From Octopus sinensis (lineage: Eukaryota): 64,000 nt of DNA. Shown one piece after another: positions 49,392-60,836 of the stretch (its first letter is position 1; the number at the start of each line of letters is the position of its first letter). The DNA lies in NCBI RefSeq assembly GCF_006345805.1, contig NC_043007.1, positions 20,026,001-20,090,000 of the forward strand, written 5' to 3'. The notes under the pieces were generated by a model that saw only the letters and a program-made list of their open reading frames with translations, ran no database searches and was not told the origin of the DNA. The position numbers were made by a program, and so were the translations under genes.

Positions 49392-50068
49392 TGTTCTAAA
49401 ATGGAGATATAAATTTAAAAGATTTTCTGCAAAATTTGTTTTCAGTTAAAAGTTTCTGATGTGTTTCCACATTTTGCTGTCCCCAGAAAGTTCCAAACTG
49501 TAAGTATCCACCATATCATTTATTCTTTAATTCTGAAACTAGAATTCCTTCATTTGTGTGTGTGTGTGTGTGTGGAGAGAGAGAGTATGTGTGTTTTCGA
49601 AATCAAAATCAAATTCGATGACTGGCATCCGTGCTAGTGGAGCGCTAAGAGTACCATCCAAGCATGATCGTCGCCAGAGCAACAAACTGGCTTTCGTGCC
49701 AGTGGCACGTAAAAAGCCCCATTCAAGCGTAATCGTTACTTGCATTGCTTTACTGGCACGTGGAAAAATATTTGAGCGAGGTCATTTCCAGTGCCATGGC
49801 ACATAAAAAGCACCATTTGAGCATGGCCGTTGATAGTACCGCCTGACTGGCCCTCGTGCTGGTGAAATGTAAAAGCACCCAGTACACTATCGGAATGGTT
49901 GATGTTAGGAAGGGCATCCAGCTGTAGAAACTCTGCCAGATCAAATTGGAGTCTGGTGCAGCCATCTGGTTCACCAGACCTCAGTCAAATCGTCCAACCC
50001 ATGGAAAGCAGACATTAAACGATGATGATTTAGTCTAGTTGCAAAGAAATTTGAGGGTTAAAAGTCCT

Positions 50069-50103
<35 letters not shown>

Positions 50104-51695
50104 ATGAGATAAACAATTACATTTAAAATTTAAAATCCCATGGGCTTTAGTGTGGTTATGGTCTTACACTCTCTATGAATTCAGGTGTACTTCAAGGCTC
50201 AGTCACTTCTCCCTCACTTTTCCTTCATTAAATGAACGATCTTGCTGTCATAGTCCACATACACACACATACAGCTTCAACAGCTTTTGCCCAGCTTGTA
50301 TTTTTCCATAAAGAAATTAAAACATCCAGCAAGAAATTTAATTTTGTACAACCAAACACCAAACACTGCACATTTCAAGGAAGCATTCCCCAAAACAGCT
50401 AAACTCGTCACACCAGCATTTGCAAATTCTAAACTTTAATGTCAGGCTTTTAAAAATGTTAAACATTAAAGTCCTGGGTGACATTTAATGACTTCTGCAC
50501 ATATTTTACTTAACAATAATTACATCACAAAGGCTGCATTTCTTTCCAATATTAGGAAATATCTTCTCAAATTCTTATCACGTCTATATTAAAAATACCA
50601 GATGCAGACCATGGCTTTGTGGTAAAAAGCTGGCTTTTACAACTATGTAGTTTTGGGCTCAATCCCGCTGTATGGCACCTTGGACAAGTATCTTCAGTCA
50701 ACCAATGCCTGGTGCAGCCTCCTGGCTTCCCAGACCCCGGTCGAACCGTCCAACCCATGCTAGATGGAAAGCGAACGTTAAACGATGATGATGATTTGAC
50801 AATATTTCATAATTAAACTTTAATATTTAGCACTCATGTTATTTCAAATATTCTCAAAACCATGTCAAAGATGCAGAACGAAATTTTTTTCAAATTATGA
50901 AAATGTCCCACTGGTGTGACATATGGCAGCTGTGTGAAGTTTGTGATGAACCACCGGACAATGATTTGATGATGATGATTATAAACAGGATTTCTATGTC
51001 ATTTTTTGTTTCTTTCTATCATCTGTTGCTCATGTTAATTATTATTGCTTTCAGTAATTAAGCCTTTTTTTTTTTTTTTGGTTAGCCATCAAATTCACCT
51101 GTAACTGTGAATAAAGATTCAATATATTTTATCAAAATCGTCCCTAAGCAAATAAGAGATGCAATATCAGATTCTGAAACTTATGCAAAGTTTCTCACCT
51201 TTTTGAACCAAGTTCTTCAGAAGCGATCCAGTCGGTTGATACCCAAAATGGAGTGAGTCAATTTGGTTTTATCTCTTTTTTTTAAAATTTTGTATGTTTG
51301 TGTTGATAACTAAGAAAATGTACAACCCTGTATTTTATATTCTTAACGTGGCCATTGCCAGTGCCGCCCCGACTGGCCTCGTGTCGGTGGCAAGTAAAAA
51401 GCACCATCCGTTCGAGGCCGTTGCCAGCCTTGCCTGGCCCCCGTGCCGGTGGCACGTAAAAAGCACCCTCCGATCGTGGCCGTTTGCCAGCCTCGTCTGG
51501 CACCTCTGCTGGTGGCACATAAAAAGCACCCACTACACTCACAGAGTGGTTGGCGTTAGGAAGGGCATTCAGCCGTAGAAACATTGCCATATCAGACTGG
51601 GCCTGGTGCAGCATTCTGGCTTCCCAGACCCCAGTTGAACCGTCCAACCCATGCTAGCATGGAAAGCGGACGCTAAATGATGATGATGATGTATA

Positions 51696-51747
<52 letters not shown>

Positions 51748-53213
51748 TGAACATCAATGGAATTTGTATCCTTGTGGTACCAGTGCCGGTGGCACATAAG
51801 AAAACCATCCGAACGTGACCGTAGCCAGTACCGCATCGACTGGCCTCCGTGCTGAGGGCACGTACAAACACCATCCGAGCGTGGCCGTTCGCCAGCCTCG
51901 TCTGGCACCTGTGTCGGTGACACATAAGAAAACACCATCCGAGCGTGGCCGTCTGCCAGCCTTGTCTGGCACCTGTGTCGGTGGCACATAAAAAAAAAAC
52001 ACCATCCGAGCGTGGCCGTCTGCCAGCCTCGTCTGGCACCTGTGTCGGTGGCACATAAAAAACACCATCCGAGCGTGGCCGTCTGCCAGCCTCGTCTGGC
52101 ACCTGTGTTGGTGGCACATAAAATCACCCACTACACTCTCGGAGTGGTTGGCATTAGTAAGGGCATCCAGCTGTAGAAACACTGCCAGATCTGACTGGCC
52201 TGGTGCAGCCTTCGGGCTTGCCAGACCCCAGTTGAACCGTCCAACCCATGCTAGCATGGAAAGCGGACGTTAAACGATGATGATGATGATGATGATATGT
52301 ACGTGTGTCTGGGCTTACCTTTGTCTAGATATACAGTGATGGATGCAACAGCATCACTCAAATGGTATTAATCATTTCCAGTCTTCCATGAAAATCATGT
52401 CTGGCCATGGGAAAATATTGCCTTGCTTGGAAACATGCCCTTCCTAACGCCAACCACTCCGTGAGTGTAGTGGGTGTTTTTTATGTGCCACCGGCACAAG
52501 GGCCAGAGGAGGCTGGCAAATGGCCACGATTGGTTGGTGCTTTTACGTGTCGCCGACACGGACGCCAGTCAGGCGGTGCTGGCATCTGCCACGTTCAGAT
52601 GATGCTTTTTACGTGTCACCGACACGGGTATCTTAACTACAATTTCCATTTGATTTTCATTTTGATGTTGACATTTTGTCTCCACCATTCTCAAATCTGG
52701 GCTGATATTTTAAGGTCTTTCCTTGGTTTTGGTGGTTTTTGACTTGTCACTAATGCTTCTCTAGCTTTGCATATTTTTTTTTCTCAGTCAATGTGTTGGC
52801 CCTATGCAAATCCATTTTTACCTCTGGGAAGAAGTGGTCTCTATTAGTTTTGCCTCAGTCCTTTGACCTGTCCAGCATGGGAGCTCTTACCAAGAGATTG
52901 TGCTCTGCTGTCATAATTCTCAGGGTCAGTGGGGCATACAAGTCACTACGCTGCAACAAGAACTGGACCTTGTGGTGGGGCTTGGGGAAAGCCGGTATAA
53001 AAACTTTGATGTCCACAATGATGTGATTTATCTATTATCATTTACTTGTCTCAGTCATTTGACTGTGACCATGCTGGGACACCACCTTGAAGTATTTTAG
53101 TTGAACAAATTGACCCCAGGACTTATTTTATGTTTTAAAACCTGGTACCTATTCTACGGTTGTCAAGCATTGGTGGGGTACAAACACAGAAACACATGCA
53201 CATATATATATGC

Positions 53214-53255
<42 letters not shown>

Positions 53256-56200
53256 CAATAAGAAAATGGAGGGGATCAATAGGTGATATTCATCAACTTT
53301 TACACATTATATTATGTCAACTTATTTATTTACTAAAATGATAATTATAACAATATACATACATGTATAACATATTTTGCTTTACATGTATAACATATAA
53401 ATATATCAGTAATTATTAAAATATATAACATTATATATATATACGACAGGCTTCTCTCGGTTTCTTTCTACCAAATCCACTCACAAGGCTTTGGTCGGCC
53501 TGAGGCTATAGTAGAAGACACTTGCTCAAAGTGCCACACAGTGGGACCGAACCTGGAACCATGTGGTTGGGACGCAAGTTTCTTACCACACAGCCACACC
53601 TGCATCTATAATATATAAAACAAAAAAAATTCACATTACATTTAAAGTATGATATATTAGATGTAAAAAATAAATTAATATAGTTCGTTAACCTAATTCA
53701 TTTGTCAGTTAATGATATTTTATATATCTTTTGTTTAGTTCTTTTATAGTAGGTTTGTTTGTTTGTTTTTTCCTCTTTTACTGGTAGTTGGGAGTTGACA
53801 GCTTTTATTTTACAGGCTTTCATTTCCATGTTTTTGTCACTTCCAGCTTCGTTATGTTTTGTGCTATTATCTCTTTATTTGTTTGATTTTATGTTTTTCT
53901 CATATGTCACATTTGTTTCACACTCTAACACACTTACCCATCCACCCATCTTGTTTGTTCCTCTATCCTATTTCTTTCTCTCTGTTTCCGTCTCTGTCTC
54001 TCTCTCTCTCTCTCATATTCACCTTGCACCTTGACCTCACATCTCTCTCTCTCTCTCTCTCATATTCACCTTGTACCTTGACCTCACATCTCTCTCTCTC
54101 TTTCTCTCTCAGCTGGAGTATATTCACCTCTTCAGCATGACACATCCTTCTGACTCTCTATCATATTTTCTCTTCCATCAATACCATACCCAATCCAATG
54201 GAAGGGAATCTTCCCTTGCAAGCACTTGGTAACTTCACCACTGCTGGTACCATGGAAAAAGCACCCAGTCCACTCTGTGATGTGGTTGGCATCAGGTAGA
54301 GCATCCAATCGTAGAAACCATGGCAAAGCAGACTTTGGAACTGTATGCAATCTTCCGGTTTCTTGGTTCCCGTTGAAACATCCGACTTATGCCAACACGG
54401 AAAAGGAGATGTTAAGTAAAGATGAGGATGGTGAGAATGATGATGTTTTCGTGACCATTGCCAGTACCACCTGACTGGCCCTCGTGCCGGTGGCACGTAA
54501 AAGCACCCACTACACTCTCAGAGTGGTTGGCATTAGGAAGGGCATCCAGCTGTAGAAACTCTGCCAGATCAAGATTGGAGCCTGGTGCAGCCATCTGGTT
54601 AGCCAGCCCTCAGTCAAAATCGTCCAACCCATGCTAGCATGGAAAGTGGATGTTAAACAATAAACAATAAATGATATTCAATGAAGAAAGGAAGAGGTGC
54701 AAAAAGAGGAGGAGGGAAAGTGTCCTTGACCATAACAGTCTTTCTCAGACTGCAAAGGTTGGTTTAGTTGAAGTGTAGCTTGAAGTTCTGTAGTGAGGGT
54801 GCATAGCTAAGTGGTTAGGATATTCAGCTCGAGATTGTAAGTTTGTGAGTTCAATACCGGGCTGTGTATTGTGCCCTTGGGCGGTGGCGGTGGCAGTGAG
54901 AAGGAGGAGGATAATGATGATGATTATATTGGTTAGCATTATTATTTATTTATTTATTTATACGCCCTTTTCAAGCCTAGCCAGGCTCATGGGCCCGGTT
55001 TCTGTGGCGTATGTGTTCCACCCAGCTGAACGGAACACCAATCCATCGCAGCATTACTCAAGAAACAGGAAGAAGAAGTGAGAGAAAGTTGGGGCGAAAG
55101 AATACGACAGGGGTTGCCACCACCCCCTGCCAGAGCCTCATGGAGCTTTAGGTGTTTTTGCTCAATAAACACACTCAACGCCCGGTCTAGGAATCGAAAC
55201 TGCGATCCTCCGACCACGAGTCCGCTGCCCTAACCACTGGGCCATTGCGCCTATACATTGGTTAGCATTAGCAGAATTTATTTTCAGAGCAGTGAAATGC
55301 CACTGTGAATGGCACCCTACTTTTGGAAAATATTTCCAGTATTAAGTTTAGTAATTTGGTGGAGGCGTGTGGTCCTATAGCTAGGGGCTATGAGTTCAAT
55401 CCCTGCAAAGGAGGGTGCATTGTGTCCTTGAGCAAGACACTTCATTTAACTTTGCTGTTATCTACTCCATTATAAAAGTGTACCAGGTGGTTTGCTGGTG
55501 CAGTTGTCTCTCCCCGCCTTCCAGCCATCACATCCTGGATAATTTATTGGAACCCAGAGAATGATTATATCTACTGGCAGCTAAATAGGTACCTAAGAGA
55601 TTTTTAATTTATGATACGTTGCCAAGTCATACTTGAGTGACAGCTGGCTGCAAAAAGCTTAATGACTTAACGATTTAACTAATTAGCTGCTTGACACCAT
55701 TACATGCTGATGTTTAATTATGTTAGGTGCGAAATAAAAAAAAAAACTATCTCTTTTTAAAAACAATATATACATTGTATATGTATATGTGTGTGTGTCC
55801 TTCTGCTTATATTTGTCCTCCGCTAACATCACTTCACCGCCAGTGTTGGTTTGTTTGCATCCCCAAGGCTGCAGTCCAATGACTGAAACAAGTAAAAGAT
55901 AAAAGTTTGAATATCTGCTCTTGATCATAAGTTTGCGTAGGAGCGGTTGTGTGGTAAGTAGCTTGCTTACCAACCTCATGGTTCCGGGTTCAGACCCACT
56001 GTGTGGCACCTTGAGCAAGTGTCTTCTACTATAGCCTCGGGCCGACCAAAGCCTTGTGAGTGGATTTGGTTGAGGGAAACTGAAAGAAGCCCGTTATATG
56101 TATGTGTGTGTGTATGTGTTTGTGTGCCTGTGTTTGTCCCCCCCCCCAACATCTTTTGACAACCGATGCTGGTGTGTTTACGTCCCCGTAACTTAGCAGT

Positions 56201-59200
56201 TCGGCAAAAGAGACCAATAGAATAAGTATTAGGCTCACAAAGAATAAGTCCTGGGGTCAATTTGCTCAACTAAAGGCGGTGCTCCAGCATGGCCACAGTC
56301 AAATGACTGAAACAAGTAAAAGAGTAAAAGAGTTTTGATAGGTGCAGGCGTGGCTACGTGGTAACAAGTTTGCTACTCAACCACATGGTTTTGGGTTCAG
56401 TCCCACTGTGTGGCACCATGGGCAAGTGTCTTCTATTAAAGCCTTGGGCTGACCAAAGCCTTGTGAGTCGATTTGGTAGATGGAAACTGAAAGAAACCTA
56501 TCGATGTGGACACCTCTGATGAAAACCCAATAAGACTTGAAAATTGATTACGGTTGTTTGTAATTTTTTCATTCTGCAGAGAAATGGCTAAAATTCCCCC
56601 TGATTATAATTATACCATATGTTACATATTAATTATATTATACCTTGATACTGTGTAGACTAAGATCCCCATTGACACGCTGCTGGTATTTATAGAGTGT
56701 TAACCCTTTCATTTACAACCCGGCTGAAACTGGCTCTGGCTCTGTAGTAAAAATGTCTTGTTTTCATAAGTTTTGAATTAAAATCTTCCACCAAACCTTA
56801 GTCACAATTTATGTTCCTAACCCTAGCTGAATGATAAACTAAGTTATTTTACTAAATTCTTTGTTATATTTAAAGTAATTGAAAGAAACACAGAGCATCT
56901 CAAATGGCTGAAACTGGCTCTGGCTCTGAGTACAAATGTCTTGTTTTCATAAGTTTTGAATCAAAATCTTCCACCAAACCTTAGTCACAATTTATGTTCC
57001 TAACACTAGCTTAATGATAATTAAGTTATTTTACTAAATTCTTTGTTATATCTAAAGTAATTGAAAGAAACACAGAGCATCTGAAAATAAATACAGTAAC
57101 GAAAGGGTTAAACACTTCTGGTATGCAAATTAGGGCATCCTTCATAGACTAACTGCTGCATTTGTTGAGTATATAAGCAGTTTGGTTGCTTGTTTCTCTG
57201 GGGACTGTCAGAATGATGTGGATGCCTCTGATGAGAACCCATTAAGGTTTGAAATTCGATTGAGGTTGTTCATCATTTTTTTCCAGTTTGCAGAGAAATG
57301 GCTAAAATTTGACTGTTTATAATTATACCATATGTTACGTGTGTGTGTGTGTTTTGTGTCTGTATCTGTCCCCCACCACTGCTTCACAGCCGGTGTTGGT
57401 GTAGTTTTGTTTCCATAACTTAGTGGTTCAGCAAAAGATTCCAATAGAATAAGTACCAGGCTTTAAAAACATAAATCCTGAGGTCGATTCATTTGACTAA
57501 AATTCTTCAAGGTGGTGCCCCGGCATGGCCACAGTCTAATGACTAATCTGATAATCTAATATAATACATGATACTTCATCACCATCATCATCGTCATTTA
57601 ACGTCCATTTTCCATGCTGGCATGGGTTGGACGGTTTGACTGGGGACTGGCAAGCCAAGAGGTCACATCAGGCTCTAATCTAATCTGGCAATGTTTCTAT
57701 AGCTGGATACCCTTCCTAACGCCAACCACTCCAAAGGTGTAGTGGGTGCTTTTTACGGGACACTGGCATCAGTCATATTCGGATGGTGCTTTTTACGTGC
57801 CACCGGCACAGGAGCCAGTCAGGGCAAGGGGGCTGGCATCGACCATGTTCAGATGGTGCTTTTTACATGTCACTGGCACAGGGAGCCAGTCAGGTAGCAC
57901 TGGAAATGACCCATGCATGAATGGTGCTTATTGCGTGCCACCAGCATGGGAGCCAGTCAGGTGGCACTGGCATTATCCACAACTACAATTTCCCTTTGAT
58001 TTTGATGAAAATTGTTGTTGTGGCTGATGCCAGTTCCGCCTGACTGGTTCCCATAGTAACAAATTGCTTACTTTTGGTAAAGTAAGTTCCTGGAAATGTT
58101 TAGAAGGCACTGTAGATGTTGTAGAAGTAGTTGATAGCTTCTGTTACCTAGGAGACCTTCTGTTATCTAGCAGATAGGAAGGGGTGTACCATTTTCAGTA
58201 CATTTCTTTCCAGAATGTTTTGTTGATATTTATGACTGTTGGTTTGGTTTATTTTAAAAAAAAATTGTGTTAGCCTTTTAGAATTTAAACTGGCAATGTC
58301 AGGCCAAAATATTCTGTTTTATGTTCAAACTGGCCAGATCCAGCCTTTAACCCTTTTGAATATTCACTTCTTGAATATCATCCTCATCATCATCATCGTT
58401 TAGCATCCGCTTTCCATGCTAGCATGGGTTGGACGGTTCAACTGGGGTCCAGGAAGCCAGAAGGCTGCACCAGGCCCAGTTTGATCTGGCAATGTTTCTA
58501 CGGCTGGATGCCCTTCCTAACGCCAACCACTCCGTGAGTGTAGTGGGTGCTTTTTACGTGCCACCGGCACAGGTGTCAGACGAGTCTGGCAAACGGCCAC
58601 GATCGGATGGTGCTTTTTATGTGCCACTGGCACGGGGGCCAGGCAAGGCTGGCATCGGCCACGAACAGATGGTGCTTTTTACGTGTCACCGGCACGGGGG
58701 CCAGGCGAGGCTGGCAACGGCCACAAACAATTACATTATCAAAATCTCAAAGCTACAAGATAATGCATGATTAATTCAAAACAGAGTGAATAAACAAGCA
58801 TTACATCTAACACAATAACCTGAATGCAAAAGGCTTAAAGCTATCATATATTTTAGTATAAGATTTGTCACTAGTTAGTCTAAAGGAATGTTCACCATGT
58901 TTAGCCTATGTTTTCATTGACTTTAGTAACTGGAGTCGTCTAATTTTAATATTTTGGGTGAATGGTAGTGATGGTAGTCATTGCTTAGTATTTTATTCAA
59001 TATTTCATCTTTTTTTTTTTTTGTTTTTAGAAGCTGGTTGCCAGGATCTGGAGTTCATTTAATACGGATGGGATACACTATGATGCATTTGATAGGAGAA
59101 GTGTCTCCAGAGCAATACTTAGAACTTTACTTGGTATGTATTGTATTGTATCATTTATAAATATATTGGGTCATCACATAAATCATGTGTTTTTTTTAAA

Positions 59201-60836
59201 CTTCTTTTGTAAGATAAACAAACCTCTTTTTTAATCTAAAATATACTCTCCTTCATTTTCTACAATGCTCTTTCTGGTAAACTTGCAAGGCCCCTCTTTC
59301 AAAGTTCCCTTGTTTGTGACGAAAAATACTCCTCCAGTACTATTCCGACTGCATCTACAAAATTCATACTTTTTCCATCCAAATGATTTTGAAGACTATG
59401 GAATAAATGATAATCAGAAGGGGAAATGTCCAGTGAATATGGTAGGTGGGGCATCGTTTCCCATTCAAACTGCTCCAACTTTTGCCATGTCATCCTTGCT
59501 GTATGTGGCCAAACATTATCCTTTCCCTACCCACTCTCTTTGGTACTTGACATTTTTATACAGAACCCATTTCATGTCACAAGTCATCATTTGGTCCAAA
59601 AAAGGTTCATTCGTGAGACTTGATAGCAAAGAAGAGCACACATTCACTTTCTGCACACAATTAGACTCAGAAAGTTTGTAAGGAACCCATTGACCCAATT
59701 TGTTGACTTTTCCGATGGCACGCAGGTCTCAATGAATGGTTGAATGCCAAAGTCCAAGCTTCTCCTCAACAGTTACGATGGGATTTTGTTCACTAAGGTT
59801 TGCAGGACATCCTTGTCGAGCTATACAGAACTTCCAGGACATGGCTCGTCTTCTAGGCTGTAGTTTCTGGCTCGGAATTTCAGGAACCATCACTGACACA
59901 GGCTTATGCTGTTTGTCCGAACCCCATATACTGCTTTAATATTCCTCGCACTTTTGTGTTGTCGCCTTTATTGAACTCATAAAGCAAAATATGCTGAATA
60001 TGCTCGTTTGTCACTTCCATTATAGCTTTGAAAAAATAAATGTTAAAATTGAATTGCACTCTTCAAAATTTGCACTAAGAATAAATACATGGTAAATTTG
60101 CTACCTGCTTTTATGGCAAGTTTTTGCAGGTAGTTTATTCCGCCCCCCTCTGACTTTTAGTTCATGCAAATGAAAAAACATTATTTATGGGATAATCCAA
60201 TAGATCAAATTCCCATCTGTTACAATCTGACTTAGGATTAAGTCTAACTTCTAAGTATATTTCATCATCATCATCATAATCATCGTTTAATGTCCGTCTT
60301 CCATGCTAGCATGGGTTGGACGGTTTGACCGGGATCTGGGAAGCCAGGAGGCTGCACCAGGCTCCAGTCTGATTTGGCAGTGTTTCTACAGCTGGATGCC
60401 CTTCTTAACGCCAACCACTCCGTGAGTGTAGTGGGTGCTTTTTACATGTCACCGGCACAGGTGCCAGGCAAGGCTGGCAATGGCCACGATCGGATTGGTG
60501 CTTTTTATGTGCCACTGGCACGGAAGCCAGGCGAGGCGGCGCTGGCATCCTCTTTGCATAATTTTTGTGTCTGCTGTATACTTTATAGCAGACATGTGGT
60601 GGTGATAGTGGCAGTGGCAATGTCCGCTGCTTCTTTTTAGTTGTTGATTTAAGTGTAGAAACCCATTACTTGTAACATTTATCCCAAAGACATGCCAATA
60701 TCTTAACAAAAACGTAATTTTGTTGTTATATTTTCAGGAATTACAGAAGTGGCCAGAGTTTCCAGAATCAAGCCTGCAAGCAATTCTAATCCATGCAACC
60801 CCAGAGAAAGATACAGCAAGCGAAGAGTCTGTTTGA
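30851..60836 (+). CDS. TFB2M: Mitochondrial transcription factor B2 / dimethyladenosine transferase 2-like: join(30851..31094,34400..34468,35120..35211,36272..36418,38705..38853,42069..42164,49446..49499,51086..51252,59031..59133,60738..60836); ~406 aa if one base is restored in exon 4
   Basis: EYNPGPCLLTKKLIKNGAKSVIGIEAKLDFQPYL resembles the TFB2M SAM-fold motif (E.NPGPG.LT..LL..GA.V..LE....F.P.L). Later segments SWLPGSGVHLI and WPEFPESSL resemble invertebrate mtTFB2. The N-terminus is basic and acid-poor, like a presequence. All introns are GT-AG and phases are consistent except for exon 4. Confidence 0.88.
33474..33674. repeat. Fold-back inverted duplication (~95-bp arms, 9-nt loop) carrying the 3' half of a hammerhead in each arm
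   Basis: Loop at 33572-33580; right arm reads TATCCTG-GAAA-CAGCTG-TA-AGACC. Confidence 0.85.
34400..34468 (+). CDS. TFB2M: TFB2M-like exon 2 (DKIALKIMETRKAKDTPIIEYNPG)
   Basis: tttcag| acceptor, |gtaagt donor, phase 1-1. Confidence 0.85.
35120..35211 (+). CDS. TFB2M: TFB2M-like exon 3 (PCLLTKKLIKNGAKSVIGIEAKLDFQPYLQ)
   Basis: cctttag| acceptor, |gtgagt donor, SAM-binding-fold motif. Confidence 0.9.
35496..36200. mobile_element. Tandem piggyBac-type MITE cluster (three units)
   Basis: Same family as 282-704. Confidence 0.8.
36272..36418 (+). CDS. TFB2M: TFB2M-like exon 4, apparent 1-nt deletion (NTKRLFRSKFSFHLWD...[frameshift]...KEIRQKSWCE)
   Basis: ttttag| acceptor, GAAG|gtaatg donor; 147 nt, but the flanking phases (0 in, 1 out) require 3n+1. 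Confidence 0.75.
37465..37983. mobile_element. pogo/Tc2-like MITE nested in a piggyBac-type MITE
   Basis: TIR ccgtaaatcctcgagtata / tatactcgaggatttacgg, TA TSD. Confidence 0.85.
38705..38853 (+). CDS. TFB2M: TFB2M-like exon 5 (EPYASIFGILT...LGRPELFLLVPARNYK)
   Basis: cttttag| acceptor, |gtaagt donor, phase 1-0; G..ELFL motif. Confidence 0.88.
39050..39745 (+). mobile_element. Two tandem 3' fragments of the same CR1 family, each with a (TTA)n tail
   Basis: TRGHIYKVRK...FFMLRVAEAWNKLP; 3' UTR nearly identical to 49300-49390. Confidence 0.88.
39933..40258. mobile_element. Degenerate hAT-like MITE
   Basis: cagtg...cggactgg / ccagtccatcactg ends, internal gggccc repeats. Confidence 0.45.
40343..40384 (+). 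ncRNA. Hammerhead-like variant motif (CUGUAGAA core) in a ~195-bp (TA)n-flanked repeat (40281-40474)
   Basis: CUUU-CUGUAGAA-GAGC(GUAG)GCUC-GAAA-CG-UA/AAAG; second copy at 43260-43301. Confidence 0.5.
42069..42164 (+). CDS. TFB2M: TFB2M-like exon 6 (TLNMKFPNTNYLFYRKTSSVLNLFFDIELLME)
   Basis: ctttcag| acceptor, |gtaaga donor, phase 0-0, open frame. Confidence 0.85.
42330..42870 (-). mobile_element. RTE-clade LINE 3' fragment
   Basis: Minus-strand reading R.RWYGHVARMDE...GRGRPRKTWDEMVK.DL. Confidence 0.75.
43260..43301 (+). ncRNA. Hammerhead-like variant motif, second copy (repeat 43200-43394)
   Basis: Same motif as 40343-40384, with ACGT decayed to ACAT. Confidence 0.42.
43881..44161. mobile_element. 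MITE with 20-bp perfect TIRs; superfamily unclear
   Basis: ctctagtttcagacccagtc / gactgggtctgaaactagag plus internal inverted segments. Confidence 0.7.
46740..47310 (+). mobile_element. Tandem cluster of SINE family B (GAGCTGGCAGAA...GAGTTCAAATTCC...GTAAAGAAATA)
   Basis: Pol III-like A/B boxes. Other copies: 16543-16950, 31400-31600, 33892-34118, 36455-37060, 44785-45015, 62778-63170 (+); degraded minus copies at 10140-10335 and 18050-18930. Confidence 0.8.
47600..49390 (+). mobile_element. Young 5'-truncated CR1-clade LINE with uninterrupted RT ORF (47608-49311) and (TTA)n tail, in TFB2M intron 6
   Basis: YRPVSLTS, VYLDFAKAFNSVPH, GVPQGSVLGPLLF, YADD, LESVQRRATK, TRGH.YK, FFTLRV..WNKLP. 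Confidence 0.95.
49446..49499 (+). CDS. TFB2M: TFB2M-like exon 7 (LKVSDVFPHFAVPRKFQT)
   Basis: ttttcag| acceptor, |gtaagt donor, phase 0-0; short, so protein-level support is weaker. Confidence 0.7.
51086..51252 (+). CDS. TFB2M: TFB2M-like exon 8 (PSNSP...SIYFIKIVPK...FLNQVLQKRSSRLIPKME)
   Basis: Poly-T tract + gttag| acceptor, GA|gtgagt donor, phase 0-2. Confidence 0.88.
54960..55252 (-). mobile_element. tRNA-headed SINE, additional family
   Basis: GGCGCAATGGCCCAGTGGTTAGGGC...GTTTCGATTCC head; related pieces at 6668-6900, 14590-14720 and 46480-46590. Confidence 0.65.
56704..57107. mobile_element. piggyBac-type MITE with two internal units
   Basis: TTAA TSD, CCCTTTC/GAAAGGG TIR. Confidence 0.85.
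57225..57265 (+). ncRNA. Degenerate hammerhead-like motif
   Basis: CCU-CUGAUGA-GAACC(CAUUAA)GGUUU-GAAA-UUCGAU-UG/AGG; related copy at 56513-56553. Confidence 0.45.
58075..58165 (+). mobile_element. Short RTE-like RT remnant
   Basis: EVVDSFCYLGD motif. Confidence 0.5.
59031..59133 (+). CDS. TFB2M: TFB2M-like exon 9 (SWLPGSGVHLIRMGY...SPEQYLELYL)
   Basis: Poly-T tract + ttag| acceptor, |gtatgt donor, phase 2-0. Confidence 0.88.
59166..60200 (-). mobile_element. Internally deleted mariner element with TIRs and TA target-site duplication, in TFB2M intron 9
   Basis: TA|ttgggtcatcacataaat ... atttatgggataatccaa|TA; WVPYKLSE, TCDMKWVLY and LPYSLDISPSDYHLF fragments. Confidence 0.9.
60738..60836 (+). 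CDS. TFB2M: TFB2M-like terminal exon (ELQKWPEFPESSLQ...EESV*)
   Basis: ttttcag| acceptor, phase 0, TGA at 60834-60836. Confidence 0.85.
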   Translation, partial: ELQKWPEFPESSLQAILIHATPEKDTASEESV

